A DNA stretch of 64,000 nt from an uncultured Acidobacteriota bacterium. GTDB taxonomy: Bacteria; Acidobacteriota; Blastocatellia; RBC074. Made by a program: the position numbers and the translations under genes. Below, one piece after another: positions 22,233 through 34,234 of the stretch. The notes under the pieces are model-generated. The model had not been told where the DNA came from and made no database searches. It worked only from the letters and a program-made list of their open reading frames with translations. Each line of letters opens with the position of its first letter. Position 1 is the first letter of the stretch. The DNA lies in assembly GCA_963796275.1 (NCBI GenBank), contig CAWCKY010000006.1, positions 1,344,001 through 1,408,000 on the forward strand. The letters are read 5' to 3'.

Positions 22233-22539
22233 CCGGCATAATCAAAATAAATTGGAGGCATATATTAAATGGGTAGAGGAGATCAAAGAACCAAACGAGG
22301 CAAGATCAGCCGAGGCACAAAAGGCAAAACACGCCCGAGCCCGAGGCGAAAGCGGAGAACGAAAGCAGCCAGGAAATCGGCAACCCCCGCTAGCTAGCCG
22401 CGTCAAGCGTAGAGCAGACGAAACATACGGAATAAGCGAAACATACGATAATTATCAAGCTTTCTTCGTGGTCGCTTATTTCGCTGTTTCGTAGCCCCTA
22501 TCACGTAAAATCCCTGGCATTTTTTTTCAATGACAACTC

Positions 22540-22575
22540 AAAAAAATAACCCGCCGTGTTTCAACGACGGGTTGA
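22540..22575 (-). terminator. Rho-independent terminator
   Basis: Minus strand AACCCGTCGT-TGAAAC-ACGGCGGGTT followed by a T-run, downstream of 22635-22865. Confidence 0.65.
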
Positions 22576-22634
22576 TAAGGAGAGAGAAAAGTAACTGGAG
22601 GGTTCTCTCCAGACTCTAGAATGACCAAGAAAAA

Positions 22635-22865
22635 TTAGTTCCTCTTCCTGTCGCCACCTTTTTTTCCATCCCGGGGTTTATTCTTATCTGACTTATCACC
22701 ACCGCCCCTTTTGTCGCCTTTTTCTTTCGGCCGTTCACGTGGTTTATCGCGGCGTTGATCTTCATTAGGATGAGCGACTCCGGTATCGGTATGAGCGACT
22801 CCGGTAAAAACCAGCGTCATACTTAAAAAGAATATTGCGGCTATATTTTTTATTATTTTCATCAT
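22635..22865 (-). CDS. small secreted protein with Lys/Arg/Asp-rich disordered tail
   Basis: GGGGAG RBS, hydrophobic signal-like N-terminus, own terminator. Confidence 0.6.
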   Translation of the reverse strand: MMKIIKNIAAIFFLSMTLVFTGVAHTDTGVAHPNEDQRRDKPRERPKEKGDKRGGGDKSDKNKPRDGKKGGDRKRN

Positions 22866-23240
22866 ATGCTCCCCCCTGCAACATCAGTTTCGTAATTTAC
22901 TGCTTCTGATTGATGAAAAGGGGCCGACTATACTACGTAACTTTTATCGCAACTTTTCTAAATCGCGACGATCTTAGCAGATATATTTAGTCATTGAGAA
23001 ATTGCTGGCTCGACATTTTTGAGGGCCACGAGCCTTTAAAACCTGCGACGATAATTGAATACGCAACCTTCGTGCCAGGTAATAGATTCCCAAGACAAAG
23101 CTGTAAGTTCCAAAGAAAGTGGTATTTATATAGTCGAACGAAGAGCGGTTGGGAATTTTGCTGTTGTTTAATGTCTGATACGGTTTACTTACTCACGATT
23201 TGGGATATGTCGGTTATCGACGATCAGGGGTGAGGTCAAT

Positions 23241-23729
23241 ATGTATTGTCCAAGATGTGGTAATCATCCGGCGACGGAGCGAGTACGATTCTGTCCGAGC
23301 TGCGGGTTACGATTGGATGGGGTCTTTGAACTGCTCGTGCGGGATGGTCACCCGGCAAATTCTTTTGTGATTCCGCCGGTCAAAGAGCCGTCACCGCGTA
23401 AGCGTGGAGTAAGGCAGGGAGCCAAGATGTGTTTTTTCAGCATCGTGTCGTTCCTGCCGTTTTTAGCTTTCTGTGTTGCTGTCGATAGCGGCGTCCCGAT
23501 GTTCCTGCCTGCGACCTCTTTTTTCGCCGGTATTTTTTGGATGCTCTATTACAGGCTGTTCGCGGACGAGTACGAGTTGCCGGTAAAAAATCTCCAGGCA
23601 GCTGCTCAGGTCGCGGCGCCGCCTGCCTACCGACCGCCGCCGCAATCCCTGCCGGGTTACCGGTCACCAGTAGAGCAACAACAGCAGAGCGTCGTCGAGA
23701 ATACGACGCGGTCATTGGGGAGCGAATAG
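23241..23729 (+). CDS. zinc-ribbon membrane protein
   Basis: MYCPRCG...FCPSCG, two TM helices, SVVENTTRSL tail; GAGG RBS. Confidence 0.85.
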   Translation: MYCPRCGNHPATERVRFCPSCGLRLDGVFELLVRDGHPANSFVIPPVKEPSPRKRGVRQGAKMCFFSIVSFLPFLAFCVAVDSGVPMFLPATSFFAGIFWMLYYRLFADEYELPVKNLQAAAQVAAPPAYRPPPQSLPGYRSPVEQQQQSVVENTTRSLGSE

Positions 23730-23750
23730 CGCACAATTTCGCCAACTACT

Positions 23751-24004
23751 GCAGTTTTCAGATGAGTATTCAGGGTTTGAGGATTGCAGAGCGCTTTTGC
23801 GTGCGGTTGCTTGCAACCGCTTTGATAGTCGATTGCTTCACTACTTGCTTACGAGACAACTGAGTACTGAGCAATTCCTCAAATAACGGTGGTTGTGGAA
23901 GGCCATTGGGTGACTCTGTGAAAATCCGGATCGCGATATCTGACTAACAATACGGTTGCAAGCAAGCAACCGCACTCCGAATGCTATTACTCAGCTGAAA
24001 ACCG
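23751..24004. repeat. REP-doublet-like element with outer imperfect inverted repeats
   Basis: GTGCGGTTGCTTGCAACCG ... CGGTTGCAAGCAAGCAACCGCAC; outer GTTTTCAGATGAGTA / TACTCAGCTGAAAAC. Confidence 0.7.
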
Positions 24005-24016
24005 TTATAACTGGCG

Positions 24017-25411
<1,395 letters not shown>

Positions 25412-25669
25412 TGCAGCACGAAGAAAGTCGAAAAAGAAATTATAGGGCGCAAAGAATATCCGGAATGATCGCGATCATGTCAAGAAAAACTCAGTGAAGT
25501 AAGGCAAAACCCGCAGCCGCAGAGGAGGGAGAGTTTAATGATTCCTCGATTTTTTTACTACCTCTCGCATCCGTCCCCTCGCCCGCGGTGACCGGCTTTC
25601 TTCCATAAACCTTGACACTTACCCCAGTACTGAGTTTTGATTGCCCGCACTGATCAGGGGGGGAAGATT

Positions 25670-26909
25670 ATGAAACCGACACGTCGAAACGTTTTGCGCA
25701 GCGGTCTCGGGATTGCTGCGATGATGGGCGCACCTGACATCTTGATTGCCGGGGATAAATCGGCTCATTCGGAGATCGATCAACCTATGAGAGAGGGAGC
25801 TAATGGATTGACAAAAGGAGACATTACGACACCAGCCTTGATTCTCGATCTCGACCTGCTCGAAGCGAACATCGAAAAAATGTCCAAACACGCGAAGGCG
25901 TCGAAGATCGATCTGCGGCCGCATGGGAAAACGCACAAGTGTCCGGAGATCGCGCTTCGCCAGATCAAGGCGGGAGCGATTGGTCTCAGCGTGGCGACGA
26001 TCAGGGAGGCCGAGGCGATGTCAGCCTCAGGTGTGAAAGGTCTGCTGATAACTTCGGAGTTGGTTGGCAAGCCCAAGATAGAACGACTCATAAAACTGGC
26101 GCGCAGGGCGACGGATACGATTGCGGTAGTCGATAATCCCGCCCACGCTCAGCAACTGAGCGAAGCGGCTGCTGCTGCCCGCATAAATTTAAATCTTTTG
26201 CTCGATGTCGACCCGGGCGGTAGACGCACCGGCGTCCAGCCCGGCGACGCCGCGGTCTCATTGGCGGAGAAGATAATTAAACTGCCTAACCTCAGGCTTC
26301 GCGGAATTCACGGCTATTCCGGAGCTTCGGCGCATGTCAGCGGGTTCGAGGAGCGTAAGAATCATTCGATCAAGGTCATGACGCCGATTATCGAGACCTT
26401 CACGCGCCTCAAGAAAATGGGTTTGCCGATGGAGATCATGTCCGGTGCAAGCACAGGCACATACAACATCGACACCGGACTCGAAGGGATGACTGAATTA
26501 CAGGTCGGTATCCTATGTCTTTATGGATGTCGAGTATCGCGGCATCGGTGGTAAAGGCGGGGCGGTTTATGACGACTTCGCGCCGTCGCTTACGGTTATG
26601 GCGACGGTTATCAGTAAGAATTATCCGGATCGTGCGACGATCGACGCCGGCATCAAAGCATTCGCGACCGATCGTGTGAAGCTCACTCCCGAGATCCGGG
26701 GAATCGATGGTGTCACGATGGGTTATGGAGGCGACGAACACGGTATTCTGACGCTCAATAATCCCGGACGCGATCTCAAGATCGGAGACCGCGTCGAATT
26801 TATCGCGCCGCATTGCGATCCCAACGTGAATTTGTACGACCGCATTTATTGCGTGCGAGGCGATAAAGTGATCGATATATGGCGTACCGTAGGGCGATAT
26901 GGTGATTAA
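25670..26909 (+). CDS. DSD1/D-threonine aldolase-like fold-type III PLP enzyme with Tat signal (extra A near 26510)
   Basis: MKPTRRNVL, TPALILD, LRPHGKTHK, TELQVGSYVFMD after correction, GDEHG, HCDPNVNLYD. Confidence 0.88.
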
Positions 26910-28320
26910 TACAGAAAAAGAGCGACTGACCGTCGCATTTCAGGGCGAGCAACCTTCCTTGCCGGCAGGGGTCAGCGCGATCGGCGTTGGCTCTTTCAAC
27001 TCCGGGTCGGCGATTCGTATTCTGCTTGAAATCTGGAAGACCGACTATCTGCTGGTTTTATTGCCGGGCGTGCCGTTAAAAGGGGGCGAGGGGGCGCTGG
27101 AGAGACTGGTCCGGGTTGCTGATGACACGGGCGCCGGAATGATCTATTGCGATTTTTCCGAAGAGAATGGAGATCAGCTGGTCGATCACCCGCTGATCGA
27201 TTATCAACCCGGCAGCATCCGCGATAACTTCGATTTCGGCTCGGTGTTGTTCTTTTCGCGCGATCAGGTCCTTAGGGCATTGCAGCAGCACGGCGAGGTC
27301 CCCCGGGATTTGAATTGGGGAGGGCTTTACGATCTACGTCTCAAGCTTTCCATTGATTCGTCTATTATTCGCCTACCGGAGCCGCTCTATACGCGGTCTG
27401 CCGCTCCTCAGAATGGGGGCGGCGAAAAAATTTTCGATTATGTGGACCCTCGTAATCGCGATTATCAAATTGAGATGGAGCGAATCGCGACCGGACACCT
27501 CAAGCGCATAGGCGCTTATATCGAGCCTGATTTCGCGCGTGTTCCGGAAACATCTGAGAGATTTCCAGTGAAGGCTAGCGTCATCATCCCGGTGCGCAAC
27601 CGGGTAAAGACGATTGCCGATGCGGTCAAAAGCGCGCTCAACCAGCGAACCGAATTTCCGTTCAATGTCATCGTCGTCGATAACCACTCGACCGATGGCA
27701 CATCGTATATCTTGCAGAAGCTTGCGGCATACGATGCGAAGTTGATTCCCATCGTCCCGGAGCGCAGCGATCTCGGCATTGGCGGCTGCTGGAACGAGGC
27801 GATCTACTCGGAGCATTGCGGACGGTACGTGGTACAGCTCGATTCCGATGATATTTATGCGGATAACGACGTTCTCGCTCGCATCGTCAATGAGTTTGAA
27901 CGGGGGCGTTACGCCATGGTCATCGGCTCATATACGATCGTAGATTTTGATATGAACGAGTTGCCTCCGGGGTTGATCGATCATCGCGAGTGGACGCGCG
28001 AGAACGGTCACAACAATGCGCTGCGAATCAACGGCCTCGGCGCTCCCCGGGCTTTCGACATGACCGTGTTGCGCGAGATAGGGTTACCGAATGTGAGTTA
28101 TGGAGAAGATTACGCCGTCGCCCTGCGCATCAGCCGTGAGTATGAGATCGGGAGGATTTACGACTCGATCTATTACGCGCGCCGCTGGTCGGGCAATTCG
28201 GACAACGTGCTGCCGCAGGCGACGATGAATCGCTATGACGCCTACAAGGATCGGTTGCGCACGATTGAGATTCTCGCCCGTCAAAAAATCAACTCGGATA
28301 AGCGGGGGCGTACCAGATGA
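26899..28320 (+). CDS. GT2 glycosyltransferase
   Basis: ASVIIPVRNR, VVDNHSTDGT, QLDSDD, YGEDY. Confidence 0.93.
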   Translation: MVINTEKERLTVAFQGEQPSLPAGVSAIGVGSFNSGSAIRILLEIWKTDYLLVLLPGVPLKGGEGALERLVRVADDTGAGMIYCDFSEENGDQLVDHPLIDYQPGSIRDNFDFGSVLFFSRDQVLRALQQHGEVPRDLNWGGLYDLRLKLSIDSSIIRLPEPLYTRSAAPQNGGGEKIFDYVDPRNRDYQIEMERIATGHLKRIGAYIEPDFARVPETSERFPVKASVIIPVRNRVKTIADAVKSALNQRTEFPFNVIVVDNHSTDGTSYILQKLAAYDAKLIPIVPERSDLGIGGCWNEAIYSEHCGRYVVQLDSDDIYADNDVLARIVNEFERGRYAMVIGSYTIVDFDMNELPPGLIDHREWTRENGHNNALRINGLGAPRAFDMTVLREIGLPNVSYGEDYAVALRISREYEIGRIYDSIYYARRWSGNSDNVLPQATMNRYDAYKDRLRTIEILARQKINSDKRGRTR

Positions 28321-29288
28321 CCTGGGATGACCGAATTCTCGGCGACGCCGATCTCAAGCCATTTCAGCAAAAAGAGAAGAGTTTTGGCGCGCGCGTGCGT
28401 GGCCTGGTTGCGCAGCAACTTGAGACGTGGCCGATGCTCCGTGACGGCACCGCAGGTTTGGCCGAAGTCCGATACAAAAAACTGTCGGTGCGCGGATCCG
28501 ATGTGCTGGCGCAGTTCAATCCGAAGCGCATCATCAGTACCACGGCGCGCGTCGATTCCGCGACGATCGGGCAGCGTCCGTGTTTTCTCTGTCCCGCAAA
28601 CCTACCGCCGGAAGAGAAGGGAATTGAATTCGGCGAAGACTTGATCGTCTTGTGCAACCCCTTTCCGGTCCTGCGCGATCATCTGGTCGCTACCGCGCGC
28701 CGGCACATTCCGCAAGCGATTGAAGGAAACTTCAGCGTGCTGCTCGATCTAAGCCGGGAGCTGGGAGAGGAATGGTTCACGGTTTACAACGGACCGAAAT
28801 GCGGCGCCTCGGCCCCCGATCATCTGCATTTTCAGGCCTGCTCGCGCGAGATTCTGCCCATTATCAATGACATCGATCGCTGGGACCGGAAGCCCTTCCA
28901 TACCAGTTCAGCAGTCGAGTCTTTCACGCTTCGGAAGTATCGCGTTAATTCGATAATCGGACGCAGCAGCGAGCGCGAAACTCTGATCGGCTGGTTCGAT
29001 GGCGTGCTCAGACGGTTAGCGGGAGATGGCGACGAAGAGCCAATGATCAATCTGATCGTCACCTGTGATGAAAAAGCGGTATGGACAGTGATCGTCTTCC
29101 CGCGGAGCCGGCATCGGCCATCCTGTTATTATGCCGAGGGAGATGCAATGCTGACGGTCAGCCCGGCGGCGATCGACCTCGGCGGAGTCCTGGTCGTGCC
29201 GCAAGCCGATCACTTCGAACGCATCAGCGCGCAGGATGTCGAGCAAATTTATACTGAAGTGACATCTGAGATTGAATTTGGAATTTGA
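28317..29288 (+). CDS. DUF4922 protein (HIT-like NDP-sugar phosphorylase-like)
   Basis: QFNPKRIIS, RPCFLC, LCNPFP, YNGPKCGASAPDHLHFQA; ATGA overlap with the GT2 gene. Confidence 0.85.
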   Translation: MTWDDRILGDADLKPFQQKEKSFGARVRGLVAQQLETWPMLRDGTAGLAEVRYKKLSVRGSDVLAQFNPKRIISTTARVDSATIGQRPCFLCPANLPPEEKGIEFGEDLIVLCNPFPVLRDHLVATARRHIPQAIEGNFSVLLDLSRELGEEWFTVYNGPKCGASAPDHLHFQACSREILPIINDIDRWDRKPFHTSSAVESFTLRKYRVNSIIGRSSERETLIGWFDGVLRRLAGDGDEEPMINLIVTCDEKAVWTVIVFPRSRHRPSCYYAEGDAMLTVSPAAIDLGGVLVVPQADHFERISAQDVEQIYTEVTSEIEFGI

Positions 29289-29481
29289 GATAAGGACGAA
29301 AATCAAAACCTCAAATTCCCTGACCGCAGAGGATTTTGTGGGCGCTTCGTTACGGAGCGCTGAAGGCGCGCCAGATAATAGCCATGGGGTTCACCCCTGT
29401 CAAACCAGCAAATTTAAAATATAAAATTTAAAATTCCAGATCTGCCCTCTGTGGCTGGAGTTCTCTCCTGGACATTCTTGT

Positions 29482-30861
29482 ATGGGATCAAAATTACAGA
29501 TGATCGACCGCGAGCCATCGATCTCGATCGGATTGATGACCGGCGTTCAAAAAGTAAACTTCGAGTTGAAAGGCAAGTTTGCCGGCAGCGATGGCGCACA
29601 ATTTAATGCTGGAAGTTATCGCGCGACGGTGGATTCTACTTCGATTGAAATAAGCGATTCCATCGGTAACCGGCTCGGCGTGTTTCCAGATTTTCAATGG
29701 GCGCCGGCCGATCCCGGTTTTTCCTTCGTAATTCACGACGTCCTGATCGGCATCGATTTTCACTGGGAGCGAAAAGAGGCCGAGGAGTTTCAAGGCAGGC
29801 TTCGAATCAAACTCGATTCGACCGCTGCTTCCTTGATCGTCATTAACGAAATCGCGGTTGAATCGTATCTGATCAGTGTGATCTCCTCCGAGATGAGCGC
29901 GGGCGCCCATCCCGAGTTGCTCAAGGCTCATTCGATAATTTCGCGGAGCTGGCTGTTGGCCCAGCTGGAGCAATGGAAAGGCCCACACCAGACGGCATCA
30001 GTTTCAGCGCAGCTTAGCCGCGATCCGAATCTATTGATTCGCTGGTATGATCGGGAAAATCATGCAGAGTTTGATATCTGTGCATATGATCATTGCCAGC
30101 GTTATCACGGGATCACCAAAGCCACTTCGCCGTCGGTATTCGAGGCTGTTCGATCGACTCACGGCCAGGTGCTGGCTTACGATGGGATGCTTTGTGATGC
30201 GCGTTATTCGAAATCATGCGGCGGCATGACTGAAAGCTATTCGGCCGCCTGGAATGATGAGGAGGTCCCTTACCTGGCGGTCTCCTATGACGGTGAATCA
30301 TTTCCCGTCGGATATAATTTGCCGTTGAGCGATGAGACTAATGCCGACGCGTGGATCCGCAATTCCCCACCCGCATTCTGTAACACAAACGATCGAAATA
30401 TCCTGAATAAGATTCTCCCTGATTTCGATCAGGAGACAACTGATTTCTATCGGTGGCGGGTGGTCTTAAAACAGGAAGGTTTGCAGGAATTGCTGCGCAA
30501 AAAGCTCGGGGTCGATTTCGGCGCCATCCTGCGTCTCGACCCGGTAGAGCGCGGCAGGTCGGGACGGATCGTCAAATTGATGATCGCGGGTGAACGGAAA
30601 ACGATGATCGTCGGTAAGGAGCTTGAGATCAGGCGGGCGCTTTCCCCCTCTCACCTTTACAGTTCGGCCTTCGTGGTAGAGAGCGGCGAAGATCATCCGC
30701 CATCGCATTTCACCTTGATCGGAGCGGGGTGGGGCCACGGCGTTGGCCTTTGTCAGATCGGTGCGGCGTTGATGGCGGAGCGGGGGTATAATAACAGGGA
30801 GATTCTGGCACATTATTATCGCGGGACTGAGCTGCAAACGCTTTATCAGGGCGATGAGTGA
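29482..30861 (+). CDS. SpoIID/LytB domain lytic transglycosylase (start may be 29500)
   Basis: ESYLISVISSEM, LKAHSIISRS, HCQRYHG, YSKSCGG, GAGWGHGVGLCQIGA. Confidence 0.92.
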   Translation: MGSKLQMIDREPSISIGLMTGVQKVNFELKGKFAGSDGAQFNAGSYRATVDSTSIEISDSIGNRLGVFPDFQWAPADPGFSFVIHDVLIGIDFHWERKEAEEFQGRLRIKLDSTAASLIVINEIAVESYLISVISSEMSAGAHPELLKAHSIISRSWLLAQLEQWKGPHQTASVSAQLSRDPNLLIRWYDRENHAEFDICAYDHCQRYHGITKATSPSVFEAVRSTHGQVLAYDGMLCDARYSKSCGGMTESYSAAWNDEEVPYLAVSYDGESFPVGYNLPLSDETNADAWIRNSPPAFCNTNDRNILNKILPDFDQETTDFYRWRVVLKQEGLQELLRKKLGVDFGAILRLDPVERGRSGRIVKLMIAGERKTMIVGKELEIRRALSPSHLYSSAFVVESGEDHPPSHFTLIGAGWGHGVGLCQIGAALMAERGYNNREILAHYYRGTELQTLYQGDE

Positions 30862-31004
30862 GAAAATTCAGGACCGAGGAATTGTTCTTCCTAAATCCCT
30901 GAACGAATTTTGCAGACCTTCTGTCGTTTGGAGTTCCGCGTTTACGCGGTCTTCTCCGCGGCTGGAGTTACGTTTGGCACAGGGGTAATTAATCAATAAG
31001 AATA

Positions 31005-31274
31005 ATGACGAGCGATTTCTATCAAGTCGGATTGATAGATCGCCGGCGGTTACTTGCGGATGTGGGATTCTTCCGAAATGATCTGCGCATCTGGGCTCAT
31101 CCGGACGGGCGTGCTGTCGGCGAAGGCATAGCGTCCGCATTGACTGACGATGCATTCTATCGTTTCCTGAAGATCGATTTGCCGGTGAGAGCGGTTGACG
31201 AAGACGGACAAATAGACGAATCTTATCCTGAAAACGGAAACTCAAAGACGGGAACTAAGCACTCTACAATTTAA
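31005..31274 (+). CDS. hypothetical protein
   Basis: 89-aa ORF filling the gap between co-oriented genes, plausible composition. Confidence 0.55.
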   Translation: MTSDFYQVGLIDRRRLLADVGFFRNDLRIWAHPDGRAVGEGIASALTDDAFYRFLKIDLPVRAVDEDGQIDESYPENGNSKTGTKHSTI

Positions 31275-31312
31275 TATCGTAATCTTCCCCCGGTGCACCC
31301 GGAAAATATTCA

Positions 31313-32128
31313 GTGGAGGCAACTTTGAGAAGAACTGCTGCACTGCTAACGCTGTTATTCTGTCTATTGCTCATCGTTTCTTCTGCCCAGAGCCAGCGGT
31401 TTCCCTCGCGTGAGGAATTCAGACGTCCCAGGAACATGCCCAATGGTTCGAACAATATTGGCGAGTTCACCTTTGCGCGGCTGCGTTATGGTTCGGGGGT
31501 TTCCGCCTCCCGTTTTTATCGCCGGTCTCGCTGGGACACCGATCATCCGAAAGCCGACGAGCAATTCATCTATGGGTTGCGCAGTTGGGTTCGCAGCGGT
31601 CTCCGGATATCGGATGAACCTACAACCGTTTCACCTGAAGAGAAGGAAATTTTCCAGCTCCCATTCATCTATATTGTCGAGCCGGGATATATGGAGCTAT
31701 CAACAGAAGACGCGGCCAACCTGCGCGAATATCTGCTCCGAGGCGGGTTTCTGATGCTCGACGACTTCTGGGGCACATGGGAGTGGGAGAATGTGCGCGA
31801 GCAGATGCACAAAGTCTTTCCCGAATATCAGATCCGTAATCTCCCGCTCGATCATCCGGTCTTTCACTGCTATTTCGACATCGACGAAGTGCTTCAGGTT
31901 CCTCAAGTCGGTTATATTAACAGCGGCATAACATACGAACGGGACGGATATGTGCCTTACTACATGGGCATCAGTGACGAGAATGACCGGTTGATGGTCT
32001 TCATCGCGCGCAATGCCGACAATGGCGATGCATGGGAGTGGATCGATTTACCGCAATATCCGCTGAAGTACGGGCTGGGTGCTTACCGTCTGGGGATGAA
32101 TGTGATCGTTTATGCCATGACTCACTAA
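31313..32128 (+). CDS. DUF4159 domain protein
   Basis: [47 protein letters not shown]. Confidence 0.88.
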   Translation: MEATLRRTAALLTLLFCLLLIVSSAQSQRFPSREEFRRPRNMPNGSNNIGEFTFARLRYGSGVSASRFYRRSRWDTDHPKADEQFIYGLRSWVRSGLRISDEPTTVSPEEKEIFQLPFIYIVEPGYMELSTEDAANLREYLLRGGFLMLDDFWGTWEWENVREQMHKVFPEYQIRNLPLDHPVFHCYFDIDEVLQVPQVGYINSGITYERDGYVPYYMGISDENDRLMVFIARNADNGDAWEWIDLPQYPLKYGLGAYRLGMNVIVYAMTH

Positions 32129-32133
32129 ACCGA

Positions 32134-32217
32134 GGAACTGGATAATTGATAGTTGATAATTCAAATATTCTGAAGCAACAATTATTACGAACTATCAACT
32201 ATTAATTATCCAGTTCC
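32134..32217. repeat. 28-bp inverted repeat built of TTGATAR heptamers; likely bidirectional terminator
   Basis: GGAACTGGATAATTGATAGTTGATAATT / AACTATCAACTATTAATTATCCAGTTCC (2 mismatches), between convergent genes. Confidence 0.8.
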
Positions 32218-32232
32218 CCAGTTGCTCTCTCT

Positions 32233-34179
32233 TTATTCGAGCGGTAGAGAAGTAACGAGCGAGAATCTGTAATTAAAGGCTAGGTTTCGATCCCACGTTA
32301 TTCCGCCATTGACCGATGTATGTGACATACTCGGTGTCGGTCCGGTACTACTCAAGCCAATGAGGGGGGGCTGCCCGTTGGCCCCGGGATAAGGTATTGT
32401 AGTGGGAACCTGAAGGACGATGAATAGATTCTGAATACTGCCATCGGCAATCCCATTCTGCACTTTCCGGCCTAATGACCACGGGTTCTTGAAATAGAAT
32501 GGCGCCAGATCGCCATCCTGCCCGACAAATCCGTTTTTTACCTCCAGCGGGTTGGCCAGATCGATCGACACGGTATTGTCCGGATTTTCCACACCAGTCG
32601 TCAGCATCGCTTTCGCGTAGACCGGAACGGTCGAAGCGTCAAAGACATTGGTATCGAAAGCCACACCCTGAATCAATATCTCACCGCCGGGATTGATCGC
32701 AGTGATCTGTGATGCCTTTATCTGCATAGCAAACAGTGTCCCTGGCTGAAGATTGAGGAAGCCAATCCCGTTTAGCGGTCCAAAGTTATTGATATTGATC
32801 GAGTCGGCGGTGACGATATCGATGCCGGACCGCGTCAACCCGAGTATAGAGAGGATAGGTTTACGTTGACTGAGCTTGAATTCCCGCGCATCCTCCAAAA
32901 CTCCGTTGTGAAATTCCTCATTGAAGTTCTGTTGTCCAAAGATGGTGCCTAACTGTGTTGTGAGGCCGACTGAGGTGGCAGGCACCGGCGAGCCGTCCAC
33001 CGGTTGTGCCCCCACCGCGTAGAGACCCGTGGGAACCGGGATCACATAGTTGCCGTTGAGAATGTGAAAGGCCGGGTCATTTAGAATACCCAAGCCGCCC
33101 GTCGCTGGATTGTAAAGAACCTGGGTAGTGCCGCTGAAGCCGCTGGCGACGACATCATCGGTCAGATACTTAACGGCGAACACATTACCGCCGGCGATCG
33201 GTTGATTCAGTACGCCGTGCCGTAGTTCGCCTTTGAGCAGACCATATCTCAATTTGAATGGGATATCGCCCGACCGGATCGCCGCGGGTCCGGATGAAGC
33301 CGTGCCTTCGGGATAGAAGTAAGAGCTCCAGGCGATATCATCCGAGCTCAATGTACGCTGCGCAAGCTCGGCGACCGGATCACCGGTGTCGATGAAGGGA
33401 AACATGGTCGCCCCATTACCATCATCGTCATCGAGTTGATTTTCGAGCGTGTGAGAGAGGCCGTGAGAGTGACCGAACTCGTGAACGGCGACCGCAAAAA
33501 GATCGACTGAACGCCCGATCACGTCCGCATCCGCATCGGCGGTTGTAAATCGGAAGCCGAAGGTCGCATTCGGGTTAAAAGTAATATCGTTGTCCAGAAT
33601 GCTGCCGGCCTTATAGAAGCCCGCGGGAAATTCTATGTCGCCGTCTTTGTCGACATCGGTGGTGACGCTGATGTCGTCGGAGACATCGGAGTCACCGTCG
33701 CCGTCGATATCGTCTCCGTCGGCCATTTCGGTGTCCGCTATCAAACTGACCGAGGGCGATGAGGCGATTGCCATAAAGGTGTTCGGGGCACGGAACGTCA
33801 CCTCATTGACGAAATCGAATCCGGCAAACCCGGTATTCCCGGTCGTTCCGGTGATCCGCATATCGATGAACGAGGTTGGTATCCTGTTCCAGGCATCGAA
33901 GGCAGCCTGAAAGGTCGCCCGCGCAGCATCCGCTGATAAGAACGGCGCACCGAGCGGGTTGGGGATGGGGTCCAGCGAGTTATTCATGCTGTATTTCACG
34001 GGGATGGATCGTGAATCCCATTTATAACCGATCACTCGCGCGGCGATCTGGCCTGGTATCGGTGACGGGACATTGCCCGTTATGTCAATGGTCTCGAGGG
34101 CGCCGCCCGCTGGAACCGAGGCCGCATTCGCTAGCAGTAAGCAGACGATGAGGCAAAATGAAAGAGTTTTTCTTTGCAT
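32233..34179 (-). CDS. secreted matrixin-family (metzincin) metalloprotease
   Basis: Signal peptide, AAFDAW, HEFGHSHGLSH, Met-turn ATMFP, LSSDDI, DxDxDG acidic repeats. Confidence 0.9.
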   Translation of the reverse strand: MQRKTLSFCLIVCLLLANAASVPAGGALETIDITGNVPSPIPGQIAARVIGYKWDSRSIPVKYSMNNSLDPIPNPLGAPFLSADAARATFQAAFDAWNRIPTSFIDMRITGTTGNTGFAGFDFVNEVTFRAPNTFMAIASSPSVSLIADTEMADGDDIDGDGDSDVSDDISVTTDVDKDGDIEFPAGFYKAGSILDNDITFNPNATFGFRFTTADADADVIGRSVDLFAVAVHEFGHSHGLSHTLENQLDDDDGNGATMFPFIDTGDPVAELAQRTLSSDDIAWSSYFYPEGTASSGPAAIRSGDIPFKLRYGLLKGELRHGVLNQPIAGGNVFAVKYLTDDVVASGFSGTTQVLYNPATGGLGILNDPAFHILNGNYVIPVPTGLYAVGAQPVDGSPVPATSVGLTTQLGTIFGQQNFNEEFHNGVLEDAREFKLSQRKPILSILGLTRSGIDIVTADSININNFGPLNGIGFLNLQPGTLFAMQIKASQITAINPGGEILIQGVAFDTNVFDASTVPVYAKAMLTTGVENPDNTVSIDLANPLEVKNGFVGQDGDLAPFYFKNPWSLGRKVQNGIADGSIQNLFIVLQVPTTIPYPGANGQPPLIGLSSTGPTPSMSHTSVNGGITWDRNLAFNYRFSLVTSLPLE

Positions 34180-34234
34180 AACTTTCTCCTTGTCGATTCG
34201 ATGATGAAAACCTATGGCTATAAGTGAACGGCTG

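Noticed and set aside
22189-22494. 101-aa ORF after the fucosidase
   Set aside because: It overlaps the fucosidase end and runs through a 9-mer repeat hairpin, with no recognisable domain.
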